A stretch of DNA of 63,372 nucleotides, filler included, from Diploschistes diacapsis (GCA_023645945.1; 9 parts of 9 records of this genome joined end to end with filler, not necessarily neighbours in it), one strand, 5' to 3'; positions 13,270 to 27,249 are shown, numbered from the whole stretch's first letter. Notes: generated by a model from the sequence alone, not told the origin. Translations and numbers: made by a program.

Positions 13270-14045
13270 CTTGCGTCTGGAGCGGCGAGCTCGTTAGGAC
13301 AGTGGTGATGATACGGAAATAAGTGGTCATAAAACATTGCAATTAGACACCGGTAATCATGTTAGGTCCCTCAACTCCGACTGGTGTCTACGATATTCTA
13401 AAACGCCCGACAGTTTCCTTCCTACCAGTCAGCCCTTTTATCTCGCTCATAGAGAGGCAAATCGAGATAGCTTACTGATGGTATTGAATGGCATGATAAG
13501 AGACGTGACAGCCAATAATAGGAAGTATCCATCACTTCTCATCTCTTTTCCTAAAGAAACCGGCTGGCGTTATGGGCTCGGTGCTAGATAGTAGCCACGT
13601 ATTATCATTAATTACTACATTTGAGTCTAAGTACTTTTCCGGCCCTAGATCTCCCCCTTTGGTATGTGGTGAGAGCCAGAGCAGAGCCATGCCTTTACTA
13701 CGAATGTGGTCAATCTTGGGTTGGTCTTATATGCTGTTCCTTTCACTAGTTTCTAAGATATGCTTTAGCTGGGTAACTGTGGAGAAATATCTCATTTTTA
13801 ATATCTGAAAGTCTGGTAATTTTTGAATATTGGATCAACTGTTGATTTTTTGATCTCTTATGTATATAGTTTGGCCAAATCAAGAGCGAAACGTGACTCT
13901 TGGCGAGTCGAGATCTCGCCCCTTTGCTCGCGCGATAACGACTCCTTTATCGATTTTGCTCCCTCGATGCTCTTTCGACACTCTCTTATACTCGCTCTCT
14001 GCTCCCTCGTATCTCCTCTGTGCTCCATCTCGGCTCCCCCTTTGC

Positions 14046-14145
14046 NNNNNNNNNNNNNNNNNNNNNNNNNNNNNNNNNNNNNNNNNNNNTTAATTAATTA
14101 ANNNNNNNNNNNNNNNNNNNNNNNNNNNNNNNNNNNNNNNNNNNN
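14046..14145. other. Artificial contig spacer
   Basis: Same 100-nt linker. Confidence 0.99.
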
Positions 14146-17100
14146 CGCCACGACAAACCCGGCCCCCGCCAGCCCCACGATGACTCCCTCGAACGCAAAG
14201 TCCATCTCCGTCAGCTGCATGACCTTCGCTAGCTTCTGCCCTGGGTCGAGTAGCATGTGCAGCGAGAAGAGGGTGGCGGCGACGACGGTGACGACGAAGG
14301 GCAGATTCTGCGACATAGGTTGGCGGAAGGGAGGTCCCCTGGAGAGGACGACGGAGGAGAGGATGTATTGGAAGCAGGAGAGGAGGAAGAGGGTGGTGTT
14401 TTGGGAGTTGGTGATGTTGCTGTGCGAGTGGGAGAGGTGCGGAGGGATGTACCTGCCGGGCGGATCCGTCAGTTGGGTTTGGGGGTGCTAGAGTCTGGCT
14501 TGGAGATTTGGGGAGGGAAAAGGGAAAAGGAAAGGACGTACCAGGGCTGCTGCTGCACGAGCTTGAAGCCGATGGCTTGGACGAGGATGCAGAGGAGGAT
14601 TTGACCGAGTAGGGGTATGAGTACTTTTCGGGAGACGAGGCTGGCGGTGGGCTGTTTGTGGGAAAGAACGGGGTAGGCACTCGTCCAGCCCATGAAGATG
14701 GCGATTGGGAGGATGAGGAGGAGGTCGATGAAGAGGAATTGGAAGTCGCCCAGGTTCGAGGCGGACGCGTAAAGGAAGCTAACGGATGCGAACTGGATGG
14801 CGGAATACAGGCTCATGTACTTGAAGCAGCAGAAACTTGTCACTAATGCTGCACGGCCTTCGCGGATCACCTCGGGTACGCAGGAGATGTCGAAGACACG
14901 GCTGGTGAAGGGTGCCGCAACGGAGGCTTCGGCTTCGGAGAGTGAGATGCCCACGTCGGCAGCTTTGAGCGCGCCGCAATCGTTGGCACCGTCGCCGCAG
15001 AAGCCGGCGCAGTAGTCGATGCTTTGGAATTTTTCGACCAGTTCTTGTTTCTCGTCTGGCGACATGCGGGCGAACACTTGGCCGCAAGTGAGCATGCGCT
15101 TCAGCATATCTGCTGTGCCGAACTGGACTATCCATCGGAAGACGTCGCCGGTGACGGCAACTGAGTAGTTGCGAAAATTGGAGAGTTCGTGAGGTAGGGA
15201 TATGTCACCTTCGGCAGGTGGAGGAAGGGGGAGCAAAGTTTCTCTGTCGAGCTGAAAAACGGGATTATCGACGCTCTGCCATTCTAGACGAGCTCTTGGA
15301 TCAAGCCCATCGCCCTCGGTAAAACGGGGAACGAAGCAGTGGGCGGTTCTGTGCATCAGATGGCATTCTCTTGCAACGCTAATTGCCGTTAAGATGTTAT
15401 CACCCGTACACATTACGCTGCGGATGTTCGCCTGATTTAGCTCATCGATGATGTCGGTTGTGATTTCTTTCAGCTTGTTCTCGAAGATAATGAAGCCGAC
15501 GAAGTCCAGATTTGACTCTGCTTCCACTCGTTCCATTTTCTGAGCTTTGGCCCAGCTTAGGTTATAGATGTGCTTAGTTGCACATGCAATGACCCTGAAT
15601 CCTCGGTGGGTATAGTAATTGAGCAGATCGTCGTAATCCGCTGGAAAGCTCTGCGGTCGGCAGATGTCTTTCATGCACTCAGGCGCACCCTTCGCATAGA
15701 GATCGCCTTCTCGAGCGCCAGGCTGTCGCACAATCACGCTAGCTCTACGTAAGTTAGATACGAACTCGAATGACCTCAAAACGCCAAGCTCTATGGGAAC
15801 ATGGGAGTTCTGATCGTCACCGTCGGTAATGTCATATTCAAGCCCTGCAGGTGGTCGCACAACAGCCGACAAAAGCTTGCCTTGGTCATCTTCGTCGACC
15901 TGGGGTCGTTTTTGGCCCCCTTCCTCAAACGACCATCCCGTGAAGTCAAACATTTTGAAGTCGAGAGGGTCCCCCACAAGATTGCCATCGATAAGTCTTA
16001 AGGAGTGACATGTTGCCATTGTGTATAAAGCAGCTTTGTGGACACTATAGTCCATACATGGATCCCTTTCGTAGGCCGTTCCGGGAAGCATGGCGGAAGC
16101 CTCCGAATATAGATCACTGAATCTCATTGATGGAAGGTGAACAATTCGAAGGCCAAGTACATCTAAGCCATCCTCGGTCAAGGTGCCGGTTTTGTCAAAG
16201 CAAAAAATATCAAGCTTTCCTCCAACGTTGATACGCTGAGGACTGATGCAGAATATCTGCTTCTTCCTCAGCCGAGACAGAGCGAAGTTGGTTCCAATCG
16301 TCAAGGTTGCAGGGAGAGCTGGAGGCACAACTATTGTAATCAAATCCAATGCGCGAACCACAATAAGATGCCATGCTAATTGCAGGCGGACAAAATTGAT
16401 GAATGAGGCTATGAAACCAATGCCAGCAATACCCGCCATAACTGAGATATACCTGAACGAATCCCTATAGAATTTGAGGCCAGAAGGTTTTGGGAATAGC
16501 ATAGATCGCACCAAAGCTCCCTTGGTGGTATTGAATCCAATCCTAACGGCCATGCCCAGAGCCACGGCCTCGTCCCCTTCGTCAGCTTGAGGCCGGCGAG
16601 CCCTAATGATCTTGGTACCGCTAAAAAGAAAGAATTTGGCAAGACTCGGTTGCACTGAGCCGGCACTCAAATCTAGAAGTTCCAGGGCATCATCCGTCGC
16701 GGCAGCTTTCAAGACAGGTACAGATTCCCCTGTGAGCATGCTCTCATTGACTATGCAGTCTCCCGCCAGGAGAAGAGTATCGCAAGGGAACTGGTTCAAT
16801 GCAGGATCGGACAACTCATAGATATCTCCCGGAACGAGTTCTGTACTAGGTACACTCCTCCAGAAGCCGTCTCGGAGAACTCTGATATCACACTCAAAGC
16901 GCGATATTTCCCGTAGCCGCTTCATTGTAGCGCGTGTATCAACGAGCGTTGCTGTTATGCTGATAACCGAGATTAGGAATATACAAGCAGCGTAGTAGTA
17001 ATACTTGTCAAGTGACCAGAGAATGAGACTCGCAATCTGAAAGACGTAGAAAGGATGGAATGCCTCATCTACTAATAATTCTAGGATCGACTTCTCGTCA

Positions 17101-18157
17101 ATATCAATGGCATTCTTGCCGAAACCCTTTTCTTTCTGGAGTTTTGCCTCTTCATTAAGACCCTCCTTGATGGTCTTAAGGTCGGTCCAAGCTGGATCCT
17201 TGAAATTGCCACTCAGCACGAATTTGTCCTGCATGGGATGGTAGAGGAATCGAATGTACCGATAGTCAAGGGACCTCAAACTATTTATATTCGGATCTTC
17301 GTCTTCCTCAAAGTTGACGTACTCCCCTTTCTCCGAAGAACCGAAGACTGTGGACACTGGGTGGCCATACTCCCTGGTCTGGATAAGGTGGAGGGTGAAC
17401 TCTCCCCATTGGTTCTACGAAATCTTAGCTTGAACATACTATACTGTTCGGACGCCTTTACTTCAATGACCACCCAATGACAGTCCCGTAGAGAACTCGA
17501 GCTTCCAATAAGACGAACTTTCCAGCGAGGTAGCCACCTGAACAAAAGATACCCTAGGCCTGCAGTGGCAAGGCAGAGAAGAAGATACAGAGCATAACCA
17601 AGCTTGCTGGTCTTGAAACCGGCGAGCACCACGGTCAGATCCTCGGTGGCGATATAGATCTTCTGTGTCGTTCTATCACTATCCCAGATCCTGGCGTCGA
17701 TCTTTGACGAGCTGCGAGCCAGCAGCGGATCATCTACCGATATCCTCGAGAGACTGGAAGATTTCCGCCGCGCAGGTGATCGTAGTCCGGCTTCAATATC
17801 GCCAACTAATCCGTCAAGAAGTGACTCCTCGTCTGCTCGGATATTGTGTTCTGTCTCTTCACCTTCTTGCCATGCGGGATCCTCTAGAGATTCTTCGTCC
17901 GGGTAGTAGGTGAAGCTTGCAGTCGACCCTGTCCGATCTCTCCTATTTGCGAATCCAGTCGTACCGGAGGGCACACTCTCTGATATTGGTCCCGCAAAGA
18001 CTTCATCATGTGCCATTTCCACTTCCGAAACGAAACTCGTAGTGCTCATGTTCGAGTTTTGCCGGTACAGAGGACTGGGGCCTCGGTAGCTCCCAACATG
18101 GCTACTCAAACTCCAGTGACGAAAGTGCGTCGCCCGCCTGGATTCGGAATCCTCCAT
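14146..18157 (-). CDS. YPK9: P5B-type cation/polyamine-transporting ATPase (Ypk9/ATP13A2-like); 3' end cut by contig edge
   Basis: TGES, the P5B-type PPALP, phosphorylation motif DKTGTLT, KGAPE, TGDN and GDGANDCGALK are all present. Introns at 17461-17415 and 14541-14453. The start is approximate. Confidence 0.93.
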
Positions 18158-18788
18158 GATGCTCACAAGGGCCCCTCGATGATGTTGAATGTCTGACCGT
18201 CAGGAGTCCATAAGGTCAAGGGCACGCTACCGCCAGAATATCTCCTTTCTGACTTCGAGAACATCCATTATCCATGGCTAATACAAGTCACACCTTGCAA
18301 CCAGATCTTGTCAACCGTAGTTTGGGTTGAAGCTTTGCAAAGCCGGCAGCGGAAGGCGGCGGTATCGGTATAAAGCGTCGTGATCCTATAGTTAGATACT
18401 GAGATGCTCGAATGCAAAACACACTGCTGCCATTAACATGACGCTTGCACAACTGTACTTTCAAGGTAGGGGGAAGTTGTCGTCGGCTGATATTCTATTG
18501 ATGCTTAATTAGCCAATCACAAACACTGAATTAAGGGCTTGCGGGGTAAAGTCTTGAAACTCAAACCCTGTTGCCCGCCTCCCCCCCCCCCCCAGAAAGA
18601 CTGACCGGGGCGACTACCCCGGTTGAGGCGGGGGAGTCGCAGTTTTATCGGGCTGGCGCGTCCCGAAAACGGTTCTGCAGTCCAGCCTTACACCTGGGAC
18701 GTGACCCCACCACATATTTTTTCTACCTCTTAGTCTTTCTTTTCCACAACACCGAAAAACTCCCGCAGCGCTTCACGGGCACGTCAAG

Positions 18789-20233
18789 ATGGCTGAACCT
18801 ATCAAGGGCAGGAAGTCCGAGAGTGCTACAGCTCCGTAAGTGCACCGCTGTGGACTTCTGTTGTTTTATGATATTGATCGATCAACCTCAGAACCCCGCA
18901 AAACACTCCCGCAAACAATGCTCCAATCTCATCTCGGGCCCAACAGCCGGGCGTTGCTAGCATCAAAGAAGGTTTGTCTTGTCATATGCTTGCTATATCG
19001 ATCAATAATGGTACCGTGAAAATGGTTAATCTTTGTCTGAACAGAGGATCTTGATCGAGCCACTGCTGCCTCAATATTTGCCCAGAACCCGAAACTAGTG
19101 TCTTTGATGCAAAACAAGCTTAGTTCCCTCGTCGGTAGACCTTCTGGCTACATTGAATCATTGCCTGCTCCAATCCGCAGACGTGTCGCTGGTTTGAAAG
19201 GAGTGCAGAAGGAGCACGCAAAATTGGAAGCCCAGTTTCAGGAAGAAGTCCTCGAGCTCGAGAAGAAGTACTTTGCTAAATTTACACCACTCTACCAAAA
19301 GCGCACTCAGATTGTCAATGGTCTTGTCGAGCCCACGGATGCTGAAGTGGAAGCCGGTAAGGCCAATGAGGAGGAGGAAGACGAGGTGGCAACGGAAGAA
19401 GCAGCCGCTGGAACCGACAGCAAGATTCCTGAAGATGCCCCTGGTATTCCCGAATTCTGGCTGTCTGCGATGAAGAACCAAGTTTCACTTGCGGAGCTCA
19501 TCACGGACCGTGATGAAGGTGCGTTGAAGCAGCTCACAGATATCCGAATGGAATACCTTGACCGCCCTGGATTCCGACTTATCTTTGAATTCAGCGATAA
19601 CGAGTACTTCACCAACAAGACCATCAGCAAGACGTACTTCTACCAAGAGGATACCGGCTACGGTGGTGACTTTATCTATGACCACGCAGAGGGTGACAAG
19701 ATTGACTGGAAACCAACCCAAGACCTTACTGTCAAAATAGAAAGCAAAAAGCAAAGGAATAAGAGCAAGTACACAATTTCCAAGTTGCGGCAATCACTGA
19801 ACTTGACCTAGATACTAAACAGACCCGCATCGTTAAGAAGACAGTCCCTACACCTTCTTTCTTCAATTTCTTTAACCCTCCGAAGGCACCCAATGATGAA
19901 GAAGAGGATGATGATGTCTCTTCAGATATCGAAGAACGCTTGGAGCTCGACTATCAGCTGGGTGAGGATATTAAAGAAAAGCTGATCCCTCGGGCTATCG
20001 ACTGGTTTACTGGCGAAGCTCTCCAATTTGAGGAACTCGAGGAAGAGGATGAGGAGGACATGGAGGACGAAGACGATGAGGAAGACGACGAAGAGGACGA
20101 TAGGGATGAAGACGAGGAATCGGATGACGATGTTTGTGCAAGTCAGCCTCGTTAGGATCTGTCGAAGCTAATCAAACAATAGGACGACGCTTCCAAGCCA
20201 AACAAGGAGACCGCGGAATGCAAGCAAAGTTGA
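18789..20233 (+). CDS. NAP1: Nucleosome assembly protein 1 (multi-exon)
   Basis: [59 protein letters not shown], an acidic tail and terminal ECKQS*; several short introns. Confidence 0.96.
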
Positions 20234-21107
20234 GAGCGCAGCAGTCGCTGGTTTTAGTCGCCTGGACGTCAATAAGTGCCTCTCTCCCAAGTAGTGGTTG
20301 AAATTTTTATTAGGCCATTCATGGAGTACGGTTCATTCGGCGTGCTTAAGTAGTGAACGGGGGAATTTATCACAGTCTGCGTTCATTTCTACAATGCACA
20401 TAAATGACAGCAGAATGGGTTCGAATTCAGCAGATGACAATTTGAAGCCATCCGCTGAGAGATTTGAACCACTTTACGCTTGTAATGGTACTGTGTATCG
20501 ACAATGATGCGGAAGATAACCGCAATGAAGAGCGATAATCCAGGGCTGCAGGAGGCTGTCCAACATCACAGTATGCAAAACTCGGACGGGAGAGTTAAAA
20601 AACTTTATTCCCTTGAGCTCCTTGTATTCAGCTGTGAAAGCATCAAAGCCTCTGCCTATACGCCATCGCCCTGCAAAATGGCGTGCAACGAGTTGGCATC
20701 TGCAGCCTGGTTCGGGTGTGCCTGAATCATTACCGACCTCATGTCCGTTTGACAAAGAAAATGCGAATGAGTAATACTTTTTAAACCCTTATAAACAGCC
20801 AAATGGAAACAAATTCCAAGAGTCATGTGGCTGTAAGAAAAAATCAAACTAACATATCAGTAACGCGCGAATCCACCGAAGATAATCCATCGTTCCCAAG
20901 CGTACGATAGGCTCCCTACTCTACATTCTCCAGTACAACACAGCGCTACATGTCCTAGCCCTTCGCGGTTCTCCCCCCCTTTACACAAAAAAAGGAAAAA
21001 AAGCAAGAGTAGAAGATGATATCCCAAGCCCGCGATATCGCTCTCCGCACCCCCGCCGGCTCGCAAAGCCACGAGGTCTCCAAATCCTTCCTCTCCCCCT
21101 CCCCCTC

Positions 21108-21207
21108 NNNNNNNNNNNNNNNNNNNNNNNNNNNNNNNNNNNNNNNNNNNNTTAATTAATTAANNNNNNNNNNNNNNNNNNNNNNNNNNNNNNNNNNNNN
21201 NNNNNNN
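21108..21207. other. Artificial contig spacer
   Basis: Same 100-nt linker. Confidence 0.99.
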
Positions 21208-22651
21208 AGAGCAAGGGGGTGGCGGGGGTGCTTGTGGTGCGGTGCGATGGCCTGGGGTTGAGGACGGGGCTATCTGCATACGGTGAGAGGCTGGGTTGAT
21301 GATTAAAAAGAATTTATAGAGGATGCAGTTCAGGGACGGCAAGATGGCAATGTGTGTGGGAGCCTCTGAATCTTCTTGGTCTTTCCGACTCTTCTCCCCG
21401 TTCTTCTTGCTGTGCTATGCTTTCGGATGGCATGACATTTTTGTAGACAGCCAGACATCGTTTCCGTACATAGGGAACGCAGCACATGGCACATGGGCAC
21501 ATACCACACTCTCCCGCCCCACGTAAGCCATACCCTGTCGTCGTCCGCCCAAGAGATTTTCTCGTGCGGTAACCGTGTTCCGATCCCTATCCCTATCCAT
21601 TTTGTCCGCCTTTGATCGCTGTGCGTTGATCGTGAAATTTCGTTCGTCATGCGTTCGGCACAAGTCATATGCCGAGTGTCGTTCCCATCTCTCCCTTCAG
21701 CGGAGGCTCGTTTGAATGCCCCCAGCTGGTCCGCTCCACCTCGTTGGTTTCGGTCGTGTAGTGTAGCAAGTCGTGGTTCGAGTTATGGATCGTGATATGG
21801 CTAGGTTCCGTTGTAGATGGTTGGTTCGCAAGCTGGATGGCCGGTTCATGTGTATACTGTACATTGCGTCGTAAGCCTTCTGGGTGGGGATCTCCCTGCT
21901 GATGCCCAGGGGATCTTCTGCGCCGAGGAGACTTCAGGTGTGGAATCGGCGGATCGGATAGATGGCGCCGCCTTGCACTCGAGTTCGTTGCGTGAGAAAG
22001 GCAAGGTTTTGCCTTTGCTGTGGGTTTCAAACCCGTGTCGCTCGTCTGGCCAACAAACCGCGGTTATGGTTGCCGCGAAAACCGGTGTTCCCCTACTGCG
22101 TCGAGTTGCGCAAGGCTCGGTCGGGAGGAGCCGCTGCAGTGCAAAGGGTGCGGAATGCAAGGGCGTCTGCGGAGGGACTACGGTAAGCAAAGGGCATCGC
22201 GTTGGAAACCTGCATCCGTGCAGATGTCAAGCAGATGTCTCTCCACGCCTTGCGGCATTGGGCCAGAAGAAGCCGTGACCTGCCCTCTCCTAAACATTGC
22301 AGGGTTCGTGTGCCCGAGTGTTGTAGCTGCATTAAACTTTGAATCGACCCCTATCTCGAAGACTTGGATGCTTTTGTTCGCTGAATTGGTGCTTGGACCT
22401 ATCCGCAAGCTGGCTGCATCGGGATGCGGGAAACTCTTAGGGGGAGGCTCCCCGGGGGGGAGACCGAGGTGCCCCCTCCCCCTGGGATCGTCATTCGATT
22501 CGGTCATCCCGGGTACCAAATTAGTTAGGTTCTGCCCATTCTTGGTAGCTTTTTTTCCAAGGGTCCGCACGGCGGGTAAAGTCAAGTTAGTTCGAGTTGT
22601 TGTCATCATGACTTGGAAGTTGTATGACGTCGTACTGCAACTTTCGGTCAT

Positions 22652-25600
22652 TCACAGGAAGCCTGATTCGGAGAGAAGTCTAAATAAAATCACGCTTGTT
22701 AGTGATCCATTGCGAGGTAGAGTTCATGCGGGTGATTGATTGAAGATCAATTGCCGTTTTTCACTCGTTGACGGCTTTTGGCAGCAGTAGATGCAGCTCG
22801 GCAGGATGATTTAGCGTACTCTGTGTCACAAACACACAGCGCAAACCAACTGGGGGGGCCGAGACAGCGCCCCATAGAAATTGAAGCTCCAGTCTCGAGG
22901 ATTGGGCATTGGCGTCGACTGCGCTACGCACGATATTGCCCACAACATCCGCTTCATTGCTGCTGCCGAGCCGGGAAGCCCATCCGTTGATTATATATGA
23001 TTGGAGGTGGGGTGCAAGGCAGGATAAGGAAAAATGGTCTCGGCAATTTTCGTAGCGCATGACGCGAGACCCTAGATCAACGAAACAGAAGGAGAGTCTT
23101 TGCGATACCTTGTAATTTTCTCGTCCTCGCGCTCTCGTGGCTCAACAGTCAGGCTCCTGTCGTACATCTCGGAAACGTCGCTCGCAGATTGCATGTGGCT
23201 TGTAATGTAGTCTTGAAGTTCTGGCACCGGCTGTAGGGGGTAGGGGACGTTTTGGTACTGCTGAATGTCTCGGATCACTTCCGCCGCCTTTGCGCGCTTT
23301 GCAAAGTTGATGAGGTTAGTACGCTTGAAGATCGACGGGATGCCGTCCTCGATGAATGTGAGATCGGTCAGAAAGACGCCTATCATGGGGTCAGCACAGA
23401 AGGCGCGCAATTCTTCTACCAGACCTTACCGAGGAACGGGATACATGGAGGGTTCGCCTTGTGCAGCGTCTCGCGATATTCCGCAAAGTTTTTGGTGCTC
23501 GCAATAAGGGCCCTGAGAACTTCCAAGGTTGCCTGCGTGCGGGCACTCACTTGCTGCCATGTTCGACCCAGTCGGTTGATGGGTGCAGTCCCCAGCGCGG
23601 AGACAATGGACGTCAATGTTGAGAAATTGTTCAAAGCTCGACATTTCTGTATCGAGTTAGCGCTACGATCAAGCATGTGGGGCGTCGGTACGGACGTCGG
23701 CGATGTTTACAAAATGCTTGATGACAATGACCCTCTTCTTGACATCGGCATGCATCAAAATCATTTCTGCTACCCAGTTCGTAAGTTGGTTGGAATGAAG
23801 AATGACTGCCTTCACGTTGGGTGCTGGGTCCGAATCTTCGGAGTTGATCTTCTTTTGCCACGTCTTGTTCAAGCATTCCGTGGGTCTGATCTTGCCGTAC
23901 AGCTTCGATTCAATGATGGTGAGCTGGCGAGCGAACTCGGTGACGTCAATATCAAGGAACTTCATCTTCTTCATATTCTTTGGTATGATCGGAGCAGGTG
24001 TCTGGCTCGTGCATGGAACGAGAACTTTGGAGGAGCTGTCCTGTCCTCGTAGTCTTTGCTCGATTACGGTCAGCAGAGGACCGGACTGAGGCGCGTTCCA
24101 TTTGGCAACCGAGCCTCTGACAAACGAATGCACCATTTTCAGTAGTTCGATGCTAGCCTCATCGTTGCCCTCCATCCAGTATGTGTCGAACCAACTCTTG
24201 AGGATGTTGACCGTCCTGATCCTGATCGGCTTCTGCTTCTTCTCGACCCATTGCTTGTAATCTTCCCCTGTGATTCGCTGGGGTGGCTGGATCGTGTACC
24301 TCTTGACCAGCAACTCAAAAAGCTCGGTCGCTGTTGTGAACGAGCGGTAGGTGAGCAGGAAAGTCGCGTTGAAGTGAGGGTCGGGTCGATCGTGGCGCGT
24401 CAAATGCTCGACCAGCGCAACCAATGTGCCTCCTTTCAACTGAGGAGGATCTGTTTTGGTGTCGTAGGCAATTTCACCCTCGTGGTCTAGTCTCAAGTAC
24501 GATGGAGTATCGTCTGGCCTGCCTGCAGGGACTTCACCGAAGAACTTTTCGACTTTTGGGTTGCGACGGTGGGAATCGTTGACCCCAATGGTGTCATTGT
24601 ATGAGAACGAGTGGCCAACGTCGCCCAAGCGCGAGGGCTGCTGAATGCCCTGAGAACGACTGCGAAAATGTGCAAGTATGTCCTCCTGGGGAGCTCGAAT
24701 ACCATCCGGCTGGCGCTTCGCAACAGCGTCGGCGGTGGAGGCAGCGGCAGGGTTCCGTAGCAGTTGCTGGAATAGGAACCCAATGTCCGACATCGAGGAC
24801 TCCAGTTGCTTGGTAATGTTTCGTACCTCTTGAACGCGGTTGGCGAGAGGCTCGCCTCGGAGTTCTGCCCATTCATCGCTCAGCGGACCGGCAACCGTTT
24901 GGCAGGCAATGACCAGGCTGGCAATGAGATCGTATAAACGTTGCTTTTGAGCACCGAAATCCTCAAGTTGAGGTTCTTGGACATTTCGGCCCTGCTGATG
25001 AAGATTGATTGACTCGATAGTCGAGATGTATGGACGGAAATGCTCCACAACCTTCCCTGCAGAGGTGCAGATGGCATTGCTGATTTGCTCGTGCCGGACA
25101 GCATCGACAACCTTTTCCGGGACCGCCAGATGCTCTTCAAGCCTACCTATGCTGGAAACCGTCATCCTTTTCAGATCGTCCATTCGGTCGATGATCGCCG
25201 AGTCCAGTTTTGCGCACGGCTCGGCGAACGAGTCTCGTTCGGCGTCGGCACCGGACGAAGCGCGGCGCGAACCACCAAGATTATTGTTGAGCCAATTCCC
25301 GCCAGCGTAGCTTCCGAGCACGAATCCAGGAACCAAACGCGGTATGTCTTCCCCTCGCTGAGCTCTGGCGACGTCAACGAAGCCGTAGACGCCGTGCAGG
25401 ACTCCCTCTGCCTCTTGCAAGCATTTCGCGTAGGAATCCGGCGCTGGCCAATCTGCGGCTGCCATGTGAGACGACAGCACAAGCTTGGAGAACCTGGACA
25501 TCATGTCTCGAAAATGTGGATACAAAGCCTTGTTCGTGGAGATGACAGAAGGATTTCCAGAGTGGTTGTCCGTGGTCCCGGAGCCCGCGGCGAGAATCAT

Positions 25601-26815
25601 TCGAAGATGATCGGAGATGTCCTCTGCCCTCCGGACGTATTCCGATCGATCCGCGTTGTTGATGGCCTGTCTGTAGGCTTCGACGGATTTTCGCATGTTG
25701 TCGATCAGACGATTCCACGTAACTGGTGACGAGCTACCGTCGTCGTAGAACGACTTCGGCACCGCAGCGCTTGGGTACTGGCTGAGGAGGCTGCCTGGAT
25801 ATGGAGCGATTGCTACCGCGTTCGTCACCTGTCGTGCGTACGACGAGTCTTTCGAATCATTACGGCTCCGGACGACGGGCGAGGCGTGGAGGGATTCCAT
25901 GGACGTCGCTGGCGACACACCATCCGAAAGCTGAGATCGGCGCTTTCTGTCCATCATGCCAGTGCTGTGCGCCAGAGTGTTAGCGTCAATGTCCGAGCTC
26001 GAGGTTTCGTCCTCGTCTCTGTCGAGCCCAAGCCTGCCAGCCATCAATTCCGCCGGCGGCCGTGTCTGATCTGGTGCGTTAACGGTCATGAGATTCCTCG
26101 GCCCACTCTCGTTCGCTTGTGTGGGCGTCTCCAAGGGCAGATCCATTGTAGACATGCCCGTGAGCGTGTTGTAATAGTACAATCGCCCATCAGGAGTAGC
26201 CTGTGGTATCCAAAAAGCAGCCTCTTCCTCTTGAGGATTTTGAGTGCCCGCAGCCCCTGTGGCATTTCTTTCATGCGCACCGGCGGCAGCCACCGTTTGC
26301 CCGTCCTCGCGCTCGTCCTCCGTACCGGACTCGCCCGGCCGATCTTCTGCACTCGGAAGGGCTGGCGCGGCATTCCTCTCGGACTGCCCGGGCACGACCG
26401 AACAGTAGTTGCTGGGAAACCACCCTCGCACGTCGTTGATGATCCCGTCCCACCACCCGCTTTCCAGCTGCGTGATGACCTGAATAATATCTCCTTGCTT
26501 GAAACTCAGACTCGTCCTGTCGTCGGCTTCGTAGTCGTAAAGGGCCCTCACGAACATTGCAGGGGGCTGAGAGGCATTTTGGAAGCTCATCATATTGGCG
26601 ACCTGCGAGCCCGACCTTTGCTTCTGGGGCGACAAAGTCCGTGCCCGAGTAGCCTGCACGTTGGCGGGCTTACTAACAGACTGCCGTCGGCGTAACCCTT
26701 TTGCAGACGGCTGCTCAGCAAAGTGGAACGTTGCCGCGGTAAACACTCCCCCTTTTCCTTCTGTGTGCGATTTGGTGTCAATTGTAAGCGGGGCAACGGT
26801 CCGCCTAGCATACAT
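22652..26815 (-). CDS. CDC25: Ras guanine-nucleotide exchange factor (SH3-WW-REM-RasGEF), Cdc25-like; 4 exons
   Basis: SH3: VRALYDY...GWWDG...GWFPSNY. WW-like: GRLYYYNTLTG. REM: KGGTLVALV...FLLTYRSF. GEF: EFARQLT, LNNFSTL, PPCIPFLG|VFLTDLTFIEDG. A terminal micro-exon at 22679-22652 encodes (R)LLSESGFL*. Confidence 0.94.
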
Positions 26816-27249
26816 GTTGGGGTTTGAGCAGGTAAGAGCAAAGCTGCATCACCGGGCGGAAGTTGCGGTGAGCTCTGCTCTGCAAGAAGGAAAAGAAGAA
26901 CAAAAGGAGGAAGAGGACCGGTAAGGAGGAGTTGTCGTGGGTCGTAGTAGATGGTAGTTAGGTGGGCAGGCAGGTAGGTAGGGAGGTTAGGTACAAGTTA
27001 GCGAGAGCCTTTTCCGATTGTGCTATCGATAAAAAAAAAAGGGAGCGGTGGTTCAAGCGATGGCCAATGAGTTAGCAGCGAGGGAGTTTTCTTTCGCGCA
27101 GTACCCAGGCGCCCCCGTCCAGCCCAGGTTTGTCCAGCCAATGTTCAAGGTTCCCAATCAAACTTATCAACCAGCGCTCAGGTGGGGGGGGGAAATCCAA
27201 CCAAAGAGCTGGAGCTTTTCCTAACTCTAACTCGACCCGACCAGCAGAG

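Noticed and set aside
25040..26695. Long antisense and alternative-frame ORFs over CDC25 (and similarly over other GC-rich genes)
   Set aside because: These are expected shadows of GC-rich coding sequence and show no motifs.
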